Assembly (NCBI GenBank): GCA_963708295.1
Contig: CAVPSJ010000004.1
Location: 704,001-768,000 of the forward strand
Source: an uncultured delta proteobacterium
GTDB taxonomy: Bacteria; Desulfobacterota; BSN033; UBA1163
Direction: 5' to 3'
Length of the DNA stretch: 64,000 nt
Position 1 is the first letter of the stretch, and each line of letters opens with the position of its first letter. Shown in pieces: positions 10,564-19,243 of this stretch. A program made the translations under genes and the position numbers. The notes below the pieces were generated by a model, which saw nothing but the letters and a program-made list of their open reading frames with translations, searched no databases and had not been told where the DNA came from.

Positions 10564-10578
10564 CAAGGCTCGTGGACA

Positions 10579-10629
10579 TTGACAGAGGTAGGATTATTTG
10601 TTAACCTTATTTTTCGATTTGGTTGACAA
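10579..10629 (+). promoter_or_regulatory. sigma70-type promoter overlapped by a BirA (biotin repressor) operator
   Basis: TTGACA at 10579, 17-nt spacer, TG-n-TAACCT; TTGTTAACC-N14-GGTTGACAA at 10598-10629 upstream of bioY. Confidence 0.8.
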
Positions 10630-10645
10630 TAAACACACGCTCCCT

Positions 10646-11200
10646 ATGCCGATTGAAAAACTGAGACGGATTGTCTTCGCCTCCCTTATGGCTGCTTTGA
10701 CTGCGGTCGGAGCTTATATCTATGTTCCCATCGGGCCGGTGCCCATTGTTCTCTCCACCCTCTTCGCGATTCTCAGCGGCCTTCTCCTGGGCAGTCGATG
10801 GGGCCTCACCAGCATGGCTCTTTACCTCCTGGTAGGAGCGATCGGAATCCCCGTTTTCGCGGGAGGCAAAGGAGGATTTGCTCACTTCTTAGGCCCAACG
10901 GGCGGTTACCTTTTTGGTTACCTTTGGGCTTCCTGGATTACTGGTTTCATTTCGGAACACTCACGTGGCCGGATGACCCTGGATATTCTTGCCGTCGTCG
11001 TAGGATCGCTTACGATCTACGCCTTTGGGGTCCCCTGGCTTAAAATGGTTACCCAAATGTCCTGGCAAAAGGCATGGATAGCGGGCGCGCTGCCCTTTCT
11101 CATCGGTGACGCAATCAAGGCTTGCGTTGTTGTCATCTTGGCCCGTTCTGTTCGACCAATGTTAAACCGCCTCTTCCAATCTCCCTCTCCTGATTCCTAG
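10646..11200 (+). CDS. bioY: Biotin ECF transporter S component BioY
   Basis: PIGPVPI, YLLVGAIGIPVFAGG.GG....GPTGGYLFG, PFLIGDAIK. Confidence 0.93.
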   Translation: MPIEKLRRIVFASLMAALTAVGAYIYVPIGPVPIVLSTLFAILSGLLLGSRWGLTSMALYLLVGAIGIPVFAGGKGGFAHFLGPTGGYLFGYLWASWITGFISEHSRGRMTLDILAVVVGSLTIYAFGVPWLKMVTQMSWQKAWIAGALPFLIGDAIKACVVVILARSVRPMLNRLFQSPSPDS

Positions 11201-11210
11201 AGAAAGTACG

Positions 11211-11954
11211 ATGATCGAGATCCGAAACCTCCATTATCAATATCCTGACGGGACCCATGCGTTGAAAGATATCAATCTCACGATTTCAGAAGGCGAATTT
11301 CTTCTCGTCTGCGGTCCCAACGGGAGCGGTAAAACGACCCTCATCCGGCTTATCAGCAGTCTATTAAAACCTACTGCGGGCTCGGTTCATATCAAGGGTC
11401 AGGACATTCTCCATCCTACCAAGGAAAGGCGTACGCTGGTGGGCATGGTATTTCAAGATCCTGATAGTCAAATCGTCGGAGAAACAGTAAGGGAAGATGT
11501 TGCGTTCGGCCCTGAGAATATGGGGCTCCCGGTCGAGGAAATAATGAAACGGGTAGATTGGGCGCTGGGTGTTATGGGCCTTAAGAATCTTTCAGAAAAA
11601 CCTTGTTATCTTCTTTCGGGTGGGGAAAAAAGACGACTTGCCATTGCCGGGGTGCTTGCGATGAGACCCCAGGTGATTCTCTTTGACGAGCCTTTTTCTT
11701 TCTTAGACTATCCTGGGATTCGAGAAGTGCTGAAACACATGGTTCGCTTAAATCGAGAAGGACATACGATAGTGATCACCACCCATGATGTGGAGAAGGT
11801 GATCGCCCACGTGGATCGCATTGCCGTTATCCATGGCGGAGAACTCAAAATAGCAGGACCTCCAGAGGAGCTTCTTACAAAACTGCCCAATTTCGGAATC
11901 CGGCCTCCCTGCTATGCCCTTCTCGGGAGGGAAAAAATTTCATGGCTCGAATAG
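11211..11954 (+). CDS. ECF transporter ATPase (EcfA/BioM)
   Basis: GPNGSGKTT, VFQDPDSQ, LSGGEKRRLAIAG, DEP. Confidence 0.92.
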   Translation: MIEIRNLHYQYPDGTHALKDINLTISEGEFLLVCGPNGSGKTTLIRLISSLLKPTAGSVHIKGQDILHPTKERRTLVGMVFQDPDSQIVGETVREDVAFGPENMGLPVEEIMKRVDWALGVMGLKNLSEKPCYLLSGGEKRRLAIAGVLAMRPQVILFDEPFSFLDYPGIREVLKHMVRLNREGHTIVITTHDVEKVIAHVDRIAVIHGGELKIAGPPEELLTKLPNFGIRPPCYALLGREKISWLE

Positions 11955-12697
11955 CCCTACACTATTTTCCCGGGCATTCTCCTCTTCATCGCTGGGATGG
12001 CCGATGCAAATTCCTCGGACTCCTGATGATCACTTTCACCCTGCTCCGATCCGACGTCCGTTGGCTTACTTTTGATTCGGTTCTCCTTATCGGCCTTCTC
12101 ATTGTATCCGGATTACCGCTCAGGCAATTTCTTCGTGACTTTCGGACTTGGATGGTCCTTCTGTTTGCTCTCTTTCTTTTTCAAGCTTTTTTCACTCCGG
12201 GGCTGCCGCTTTCTTTTTCCCCACGGCTTCCCGTGAGTCAGGAAGGGGTCCGTCTCGGAGGCTTTACCTGCTGGCGTCTCACCCTGATTCTCGGTTATGC
12301 GGTCCTCTTTACGGCAGTCACCCGTCCTCGTGAGGTTCAAGACACGTTGATCTGGGTCCTGAAGCCTTTTCCTTTTTTTCGTGGACGCCGTATTGGGCTC
12401 ATGGTTTCCCTCACCATCCGCTTCTTCTCAATCATTTTGGATCAGGCGGAAGAGGTTCGTCTCGCCCACAACGCGCGACTGGGAGACTTGAAGAAGAATC
12501 CTGTTCGCAAAGCCAAATTTCTCGCGCTTCCTCTTCTTCGGCGCTCTTTTTCCCGGGCCGAGGACGTCACGCTTGCCCTTGCGGCAAGAGGTTTTCGTGA
12601 TGATTTGCCCCTCCAGCTTCCAAAATTGCCATTCTCCCATTTGGTTCCACTTTTCTTTCTCCTTGGGTCCTTCGTCGCGCTATGGCAGCTCCATTAG
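11942..12697 (+). CDS. ECF transporter transmembrane T component (EcfT/BioN)
   Basis: HSPLHRWDGRCK N-terminus; AHNAR and LAARGF coupling motifs; follows bioY and the ATPase. Confidence 0.88.
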   Translation: MARIALHYFPGHSPLHRWDGRCKFLGLLMITFTLLRSDVRWLTFDSVLLIGLLIVSGLPLRQFLRDFRTWMVLLFALFLFQAFFTPGLPLSFSPRLPVSQEGVRLGGFTCWRLTLILGYAVLFTAVTRPREVQDTLIWVLKPFPFFRGRRIGLMVSLTIRFFSIILDQAEEVRLAHNARLGDLKKNPVRKAKFLALPLLRRSFSRAEDVTLALAARGFRDDLPLQLPKLPFSHLVPLFFLLGSFVALWQLH

Positions 12698-12906
12698 GAG
12701 GGAAAAGACCGCGCAGGCGGACTCATCTCAGCGGTAAACTCTTCCTTCAGAAAAATGAACCCCGCCTTTTGAACAAGAGCTTCTACGGTGGAAAGCGAAG
12801 AAGAATACGGTTTTTTTCCCAAGCAAATACGATGTTTGCCTTATTCCCTTTTTTCGAGCCTTTTATATAATGGAACTCAAGTTTCAAAAATCTTGAGGAG
12901 GCTCAA

Positions 12907-13047
12907 ATGAACTGTCCTAGATGCAAGGGTGTCATGGCCTTTGAGAAATTTTACGGCCCCCATGAATGCTTTTTTGGCTGGCGATGCATCTATTGCGGAG
13001 AGATTGTGGACCAGGTCATCCTGAATAATCGAGGCTGGGAAAAATAA
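12907..13047 (+). CDS. 46-aa zinc-ribbon protein (CxxC...CxxC), not in the ORF track
   Basis: GAGGAGG RBS; MNCPRCKGVMAFEKFYGPHECFFGWRCIYCGEIVDQVILNNRGWEK. Confidence 0.75.
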   Translation: MNCPRCKGVMAFEKFYGPHECFFGWRCIYCGEIVDQVILNNRGWEK

Positions 13048-13081
13048 TCCTCCCAGGATCCGTACTTCTCTATTCAAAGGG

Positions 13082-13270
13082 ATGAGAATGATGAAACTCT
13101 CATGCGGACAATGGTGTCATATTCAGGAAATGCTGGCCAATTTGAAATGTCCCAGCTGTTTCAGCGCAAAGGTGAAGCTCTGCGAGGAGGAAAAGAAAGA
13201 GAACGCTCTTTGCACGGAATGTAATTGTCGATTTGAATTCAATCCAGAGCCGGCAGAAAGGTGGGATTAG
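13082..13270 (+). CDS. Small Cys-rich zinc-ribbon protein
   Basis: CPSC...CTEC pair plus N-terminal CGQWC; AAGGGA upstream. Confidence 0.6.
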   Translation: MRMMKLSCGQWCHIQEMLANLKCPSCFSAKVKLCEEEKKENALCTECNCRFEFNPEPAERWD

Positions 13271-13506
13271 CGAATTCAACAAAATCGAAGAATACAGTTT
13301 CTTTCCTAATAAAGCAACATCCTCAATTTCCGCTTCTTAAACCATCTCGGATCGCACTTCTTAACGAAATCATTGAACCGGATGACTTCTATTACTAAAG
13401 AGAGCCTCATCTTGTTTGTAGTTAACCAACCCTTTTGCTAAGTGAACAAATTTATTGAAGTCTATCTTCCAGAAGGCTTTTCAGACGAGCCTTGTTTTTT
13501 GCATGC

Positions 13507-13935
13507 TTAGGCCGGAACCATCTCCGGAGTGAGAAAGGAAAAGAAACCCTCTTTGAGATTCTCCCGCTCGATCTTCTGAAAGGCGCATTCTACCGCGGAC
13601 TTGACCTCTGTCAAATCAACGGGCTTCATCGCCTGATAAAAAATCCCAGCCCCCCGAAGGCGCTTTGCCAATCCGATCGATTCTTCTGACGAGATGACAA
13701 TAACCTGAATCTTCGCGTTGATATTCTTCAACAACGGGACGACATCGCAGGCTTTCACTCCTTCGATCTCATCCTCGATGAGAATGACATGAATATTCCC
13801 TTTTCGAACCCTTCGAATCATTTCGCTTATCGCTCTGGCTCTCTCAACCTTATATCCCACGCTATGGAATAAAGTAATGAGGGAGCGGTTCCAAAGATCA
13901 TCCTGATAGGCTATGAGTATGGTCTTCGATTTCAT
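13507..13935 (-). CDS. Stand-alone atypical receiver (REC) domain protein
   Basis: TILIA / VILIED / VIVISS / AMKP receiver pattern; GGAGGT RBS. Confidence 0.75.
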   Translation of the reverse strand: MKSKTILIAYQDDLWNRSLITLFHSVGYKVERARAISEMIRRVRKGNIHVILIEDEIEGVKACDVVPLLKNINAKIQVIVISSEESIGLAKRLRGAGIFYQAMKPVDLTEVKSAVECAFQKIERENLKEGFFSFLTPEMVPA

Positions 13936-13959
13936 GATTACCTCCCCTACTCCGTCCTC

Positions 13960-14223
13960 TTATGCCACAGGGATGGGAATCTCAGACTTTCTTGTACGTG
14001 ATGCAGCGGCTCCGATAAGAGCGGAAATGAGAATGCCCGCCGGAATCAATTGAGCCAATACCACAACGATTCCAAAAGTAAAGAAGAACATAACTCCTAC
14101 GAGTCCTATCCCCCTGACCCCTCCCTTATAAGCAATCCCAAGAGAGAACAGGGTGACTGACATGATTAGGACCAGGCTCAAGATGGCTAAAATCTTTTTC
14201 ATTTTCAAAGACATGGCGATCAT
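13960..14223 (-). CDS. Small membrane protein with QLIPA motif
   Basis: Hydrophobic; GIVVVLAQLIPAGIL; paralog of 14243-14527. Confidence 0.7.
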   Translation of the reverse strand: MIAMSLKMKKILAILSLVLIMSVTLFSLGIAYKGGVRGIGLVGVMFFFTFGIVVVLAQLIPAGILISALIGAAASRTRKSEIPIPVA

Positions 14224-14242
14224 CTCCTTTTCTACAGTTTTC

Positions 14243-14527
14243 CTACTTTTTCACCGTTACCGCCTCGGCACCTGGAAGAATCACTTCTTCTTCGACCCTC
14301 TTCTCTTTCTTGAAAGCCATGGTGGTTGCAGTACCTACAAAGCTGAAGAAGAGAATAGCTGCCGGGATCAACTGCAGAAGAACGATAATCGATCCGATGA
14401 TGATGAAGATCCAAAGAGCTGTTCCACCTTCCTTCAGGCTGATAGACCTTGCAAAAGCTGGAGAAGCCATTAAAGCAATCAACACTGCCGTTAACCCTAC
14501 CTTTAGTCCTTTCATTGTTTTTTTCAT
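14243..14527 (-). CDS. Small exported/membrane protein with QLIPA motif
   Basis: Signal peptide (..ASPAFA), TM GSIIVLLQLIPAAIL; GGGAGGA RBS. Confidence 0.75.
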   Translation of the reverse strand: MKKTMKGLKVGLTAVLIALMASPAFARSISLKEGGTALWIFIIIGSIIVLLQLIPAAILFFSFVGTATTMAFKKEKRVEEEVILPGAEAVTVKK

Positions 14528-14565
14528 TTTTGATTCCTCCCTTCTTTGACGTTCAACCTGAATAA

Positions 14566-14611
14566 TGCATTTGGTATGCCAAGAAATGATAAATTTTATA
14601 AATATTTGATA
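14566..14611 (-). promoter_or_regulatory. sigma54 -24/-12 promoter with adjacent IHF consensus
   Basis: Minus strand TTGGCATACCAAATGCA (GG-N10-GC); TATCAAATATTTA (WATCAA-N4-TTR) at 14599-14611 in an AT-rich tract. Confidence 0.75.
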
Positions 14612-14903
14612 TTATTTAGTTTTTATAAATGATGAGGCATAAGAATTGACTGTTTTAGGGGCAAGATGAATATTTTGAATATTTATATTTGAGGGCTTGT
14701 CGTTTGTACTTTCTATAAGTATTTAAAATAATTAAGTTTTATATAATATAAGAAAGTTATACATATAATCTCCTAAAATATAAAAAAAACATACATCCTA
14801 TAATTGAGGTTGTCTCAGCATAAAAGTCTTTCATTTTTAAATAGTTGGCAACGGTCATTTGTTACGGGCCTATAGTTCAGAGAGGATAGCTCTCTCGCGA
14901 AAG

Positions 14904-15896
14904 TTATCCTCTCTTCAATATTTCTTCAATATCTTCCTTATAGCCCTGACTGTTTTTATCGGCGGGGATCAGATCGATCTCAGAAGGAGAAGATGCCCCT
15001 AAACCAAGCTCGACAGCCCTTGAGATCTGCTCTTGTTCAAATATCCTTGGTTTCATGATTCCTTCATTGCTTCCAAGAAATTTCAAAGTGGCTACTCCGA
15101 CGGCATCGATGGCAACCCGATCCGCAGAGGCAAGAAAAATCTCTGCCTTTACACGCTTTCCAGCCATGGGACCACCGTCCACAAAGGCATCGATCCCGTC
15201 CAGGACAACAAGAGCAGGTCTGAAGGACTCGTTTATTTCAGCGATCATCTTCCGTTGATGGGGAGAAGCATGAAGCTCTCTCATGTAATTGTACCCGTGA
15301 CGGGATGTAGGAACAACTCCAACATGAAGCTTTAGTGATAGTGTAAAGATTCCTCCATACTGGTGGGTCTTCAGGCAACAGGTGGAGACGAGGCACTCCG
15401 CATCAAGGACCGGCCGGGCAATCCGAAACCCATTGGGCCAATGACTCGTTTTAGGTTTGATGAACACCCAATCCTCATCTGCAAGATTGTCAAAGTCAAT
15501 AACCTCAACATTCAATTTATCCAGAATCGGCAAGATGCCTTTTTTCTCCATCACCTCACGGGTGGGCGGATAGCTTCTTTCTCCAAGGCTAACGGATTTT
15601 GCGCCCATGGCCCAGATCTCTTCCACCAATGCTATTAACGTATCGTTATGCGTGGAGCCGGGCGGGATATCCGCGGTGTTGAAATTGGGTTTGATCAATA
15701 CATTCTTCCCTTTGACAGGGTTAATATGGAGTGCCTTCAAAGAAGTCTTTACTCCATTTTTTCGATTGTCTGTTTTTACCAGAGCAACACGGCTTTTTAT
15801 TCTGGGCATTGCTATTCCTCCGTCCGCACTTAAAAATAAGGCTCCTCCAGCGACTCCCGTATACTTTAAGAAACCTCTTCGATTGACTTTCTTCAT
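14904..15896 (-). CDS. DUF362 domain protein with Tat signal peptide
   Basis: NRRGFLK; VLIKPNFN; LKTHQYGG.FTLSLK; DRVAIDAVG. Confidence 0.82.
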   Translation of the reverse strand: MKKVNRRGFLKYTGVAGGALFLSADGGIAMPRIKSRVALVKTDNRKNGVKTSLKALHINPVKGKNVLIKPNFNTADIPPGSTHNDTLIALVEEIWAMGAKSVSLGERSYPPTREVMEKKGILPILDKLNVEVIDFDNLADEDWVFIKPKTSHWPNGFRIARPVLDAECLVSTCCLKTHQYGGIFTLSLKLHVGVVPTSRHGYNYMRELHASPHQRKMIAEINESFRPALVVLDGIDAFVDGGPMAGKRVKAEIFLASADRVAIDAVGVATLKFLGSNEGIMKPRIFEQEQISRAVELGLGASSPSEIDLIPADKNSQGYKEDIEEILKRG

Positions 15897-15982
15897 CGCT
15901 TAAGTCTCGGGCCAAACCCTTGGACCTTCGCTCCGCCCCCAAGATGCGTTATATTAGCAACCTGCTGAAAAAGTAATTTTTG

Positions 15983-16669
15983 TCAGAGCTGTAATAAATG
16001 TCCGTTCTCTCTTAACCAGTGCCTGTGTTTTTTGTAGCCGGGGAAGACGGACTCTAAATAATTCCAGAAATTCCTGGAATGATTTTTTTCTCTAATATGG
16101 ACAAGTTCATGAATCAGGACATAGTCGATGACGGACAAAGAGCCCATGATAATTCTCCAGCTAAAAGATAACCGATTATCTCGGGAGCAAGAGCCCCATC
16201 GGAACCTGGCGCTCGTGATCTTTATCCCTTCCGGAATCAGTTGAAACCGACAGCTGTAATAATCGACCCTCTCCTTTATCCTCTCTTTCGCCTCCTTTTT
16301 GTACCAGTCACAAAAAAGATCCCTTGCTTCCGGAAGATAATCGTGATGAAGGATAAATTTGCCGAAAGCTAATCTTAGAGGAGGTCCTTGACTACCAGGC
16401 TCCTGCATTTCTAACGGATACCATTCGCCTAAATACAAGAACTTCTCTCCTGTTAGAAATTTTCTTTCTGCTTCCTTCGTCCGTTTTTCTTTTTCTGATA
16501 CTTTTTCAACGATCCATGACTGCTTTTCCTGAATGAATTTCTCTATCTCCCATTTCGGCGTGCGATGAGGAGCATAAATCACTATTTTCCCGTCCTCTTT
16601 AATATGGAGGGAAATCGTCCTTCTTCTTTTCTTGCTTTTTATCAAAGAATAACTTAGACGAGTGGCCAT
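15983..16669 (-). CDS. YgjP/DUF45 (M48-like) metal-dependent hydrolase
   Basis: RRRTISL, RWGSCS, DYVLIHELVH..EKNHSRNFW. Confidence 0.88.
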   Translation of the reverse strand: MATRLSYSLIKSKKRRRTISLHIKEDGKIVIYAPHRTPKWEIEKFIQEKQSWIVEKVSEKEKRTKEAERKFLTGEKFLYLGEWYPLEMQEPGSQGPPLRLAFGKFILHHDYLPEARDLFCDWYKKEAKERIKERVDYYSCRFQLIPEGIKITSARFRWGSCSRDNRLSFSWRIIMGSLSVIDYVLIHELVHIREKNHSRNFWNYLESVFPGYKKHRHWLRENGHLLQL

Positions 16670-16673
16670 CCTT

Positions 16674-16877
16674 TTAGGGTCCGGTGCTGTCTTGACCGTG
16701 TTTTCCTTGTCTAAGGCAGAGGCTGCATCGCGAATCGGAACACCATTGACAGAATTTACAGTCCAGGCAGTGGTGCTTCTTATCCTTATCTTCCTTTAAA
16801 CAGCAGACAAGCCCATAGGGTGTTATCTCAAACCGCACCCCGTCTTCATAGATGAATTTTTTCTTGCTTTTCTCCAT
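16674..16877 (-). CDS. Small Cys-rich protein
   Basis: KKHHCLDCKFCQWCSDSRCSLC; fits just upstream of the YgjP gene. Confidence 0.6.
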   Translation of the reverse strand: MEKSKKKFIYEDGVRFEITPYGLVCCLKEDKDKKHHCLDCKFCQWCSDSRCSLCLRQGKHGQDSTGP

Positions 16878-17016
16878 AGGTCAAATCAACCGTCACTTCC
16901 GTCGATGCCAAAAGAGATCCCCACCGACCGGAGACTGTGCCGTAATTAACGAAAAACTACTTCTCGTGCCCTTTCACCCCGCCTCTTCCCGCCCTGGCGG
17001 GAAGAGGCACGTTCCG

Positions 17017-18228
17017 TCAAAAGGATTGGGGCTGTCCATTCGTAGACTTTTCGATCTTCACGAGAAAGAAGGCCGTGAAGATCAGGAGCAGGACGCTACT
17101 GCTCAACCCCAAGAATACCCATCTTAACCCGAAACTCTCGGCGATGAAGCCGCAAAAGCTTGAAGCCAGTGAGCCGAAAACAAAAGATAGAAAAAAATAG
17201 ATCCCAAAGGCCGTCCCCCTCATCTCCACGGCCGTGTACTGGGCTAAGAGCGCGTTATTCATGGGCTGGAGGAAGAAGTTGAAGAAGAAAAAGAGTAAGG
17301 CAATGATCAGGAGCAGAAGATCTGTGGTGAATGACATGGCTAAGATAAACGGAAAAGAGAGGATGGGCATCAAAAGCAATTTTCTTTCCACGCGGGACTG
17401 CTGTGCCAATATTCCCCCCCCATATTGGCCAAGGACTCCCACTGCAAGCACGATGGCTGAAAGCATCCCCCCCAGGGCGACGCTATCCAGAGAAAAGAAG
17501 TGAAAGGAGGTACGCTTGGCCATATAGGCCGGGAGAAAAATAAGCGAGCCACTAAAGGAGAAGCCCTGAAACATGTTTGTCAGGTAGAGTAAAACAAGCG
17601 GCAGGGAGAAATAGGCTTTGAGGCGTCTCGGTGGGGTCTGCTGTGTTGGGACGGGTCCAGCGGTTTTCATCTCTTCCTTGGGAGACATGTCAACGAATAA
17701 GGCCCACAGGGAGAGAATGACCCCTGGAAGAGCAGACCAAAGGAAAGCCTGTCGCCATCCCAGATAAGAACCGATAAGACCCATGATAAATGGGGTTAAT
17801 GCCAATCCTATATTCCCGGCTGCTCCGTGAATCCCCAGCGCCTGTCCGTATCCTCTGACTTTCGAGGTGATCAGAGAGTTCGCCAGCGGGTGATAAATGC
17901 TTCCGAGAACACCCAGGAGGGCGAGCCCGGCGGTGAAGAGGAAAAGTCCGGACGAGATGGCCACCAGGATGACCGTGATGGCAGAACCAAGAAAGCAGAT
18001 GAGATAAAGCTTCCTGGGGCCGAGATAATTATAGATCATCCCTCCGGGAAGAGCTCCGAGCCCGTAGGTGAAGTTCATGATATTGCCGATCACTCCCAGC
18101 TCGAGGTATCCGATGGAGAACTCTTTCTGCAGGAGAAGGAGCACTGCCGGGAAGATGAGAAGATACCCGTGGCTGAGGGCATGTGAACAGCCTGTAAGGG
18201 CAACAATTATCTTTTCGTCACGCTGCAT
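17017..18228 (-). CDS. Major facilitator superfamily transporter
   Basis: About 12 TM helices; SIYHP, GQALGIHGAAGNIG, RGTAFGIYF. Confidence 0.88.
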   Translation of the reverse strand: MQRDEKIIVALTGCSHALSHGYLLIFPAVLLLLQKEFSIGYLELGVIGNIMNFTYGLGALPGGMIYNYLGPRKLYLICFLGSAITVILVAISSGLFLFTAGLALLGVLGSIYHPLANSLITSKVRGYGQALGIHGAAGNIGLALTPFIMGLIGSYLGWRQAFLWSALPGVILSLWALFVDMSPKEEMKTAGPVPTQQTPPRRLKAYFSLPLVLLYLTNMFQGFSFSGSLIFLPAYMAKRTSFHFFSLDSVALGGMLSAIVLAVGVLGQYGGGILAQQSRVERKLLLMPILSFPFILAMSFTTDLLLLIIALLFFFFNFFLQPMNNALLAQYTAVEMRGTAFGIYFFLSFVFGSLASSFCGFIAESFGLRWVFLGLSSSVLLLIFTAFFLVKIEKSTNGQPQSF

Positions 18229-18302
18229 AAAACATTGGAGTAGAAATCCACCAGCAATCGTTAGTTATTCAATCAGTCCATAGTTGAATGGACGTTGAAT
18301 CG

Positions 18303-18376
18303 AAATCTCCCCTGCCCTTCCTTTTACAAAAGGGAGAGATTTCCCCTCTTTGGAAAAGAGGGGTTAGGGGAGATTT
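18303..18376. repeat. REP-like nested hairpin
   Basis: AAATCTCCCCT ... CCCCTCTTT-GG-AAAAGAGGGGG ... AGGGGAGATTT. Confidence 0.6.
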
Positions 18377-18487
18377 TCACAACAATATGTCTTTTCTATT
18401 ATAGACTCCTTAGCGAGAAGGTAAGAACCAGTGAAATAATCTCTAACTATTAGATAATTATATATATTTTTGCTGAAAAACTCGGGC

Positions 18488-18739
18488 CTACTGTTTCCCG
18501 GAGGTAGATAATTTCCTGGCAGCGAATAATGTGGCCGCGCCCAGTATAACCGCTGTCAATGCGATCATCCCGAGAAACTCGACATCAGCGAACAACAAGC
18601 CTGGCCCGTGCTGTACACGTTCAAGCAATGAGAGAATCGATGCGCCACCAGAAACAAAAGCGATCAGAAGCAGGAGACCGCCCCCAATCCATAGCCCAAT
18701 CGATATCGTTCTCTTCATGATCACGTTCCCTACGTTCAC
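18488..18739 (-). CDS. Hypothetical two-TM membrane protein
   Basis: Two hydrophobic stretches; follows higA on the same strand. Confidence 0.5.
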   Translation of the reverse strand: MNVGNVIMKRTISIGLWIGGGLLLLIAFVSGGASILSLLERVQHGPGLLFADVEFLGMIALTAVILGAATLFAARKLSTSGKQ

Positions 18740-18758
18740 AGCCTCTTCTAATCCAAGA

Positions 18759-19061
18759 TTATACGGCCGCCATCATTGGACGTACCTCGTGCGACACCCG
18801 TTCGGAGAGAGCATCTTCGGCTACATCCATATCATACCGGCTCTGCAAGTTAATCCAATAACGGGGATTGTGCCAAAAATAGCGCCCAAGGCGTAAAGCA
18901 AGCTCAGCTGTCACCGGACGTTTACCATTTACTACGTGGTTGATCCGCATTGCAGGCACGCCCAACTCCTGTGCGAGCCGGTATTGGGATAATTTTAACT
19001 CGCAAAGCAATTCCTTTAAATACACTCCCGGATGCACCGGTGCAATTCGATGTTTAGCCAT
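18759..19061 (-). CDS. higA: HigA (Xre-HTH) antitoxin
   Basis: PVHPG.YLKE, SQYRLA..LGVPAMRIN, VTAELALRLG, WINLQSRYD; TAAGGAG RBS. Confidence 0.9.
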   Translation of the reverse strand: MAKHRIAPVHPGVYLKELLCELKLSQYRLAQELGVPAMRINHVVNGKRPVTAELALRLGRYFWHNPRYWINLQSRYDMDVAEDALSERVSHEVRPMMAAV

Positions 19062-19071
19062 GATGATCTCC

Positions 19072-19200
19072 TTAGTGATAATCGACAACTTCCACCCGCT
19101 CTGCGTTTTCGTTCCGCCAAACAAAACAAATCCGCCACCGGTTGTTGATGCGGATGCTATATTGTCCTTTACGTTCCCCCTTCAAATCGATCCGTCTTAA
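19072..19200 (-). pseudogene. higB: C-terminal remnant of a HigB toxin
   Basis: LKGERKGQYSIRINNRWRICFVW...VEVVDYH; no intact N-terminal half before the ATPase stop at 19244. Confidence 0.75.
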
Positions 19201-19243
19201 ATCAACCCAATAGGCAGAAAAATTGACCTCTTGAAGCGATGGG

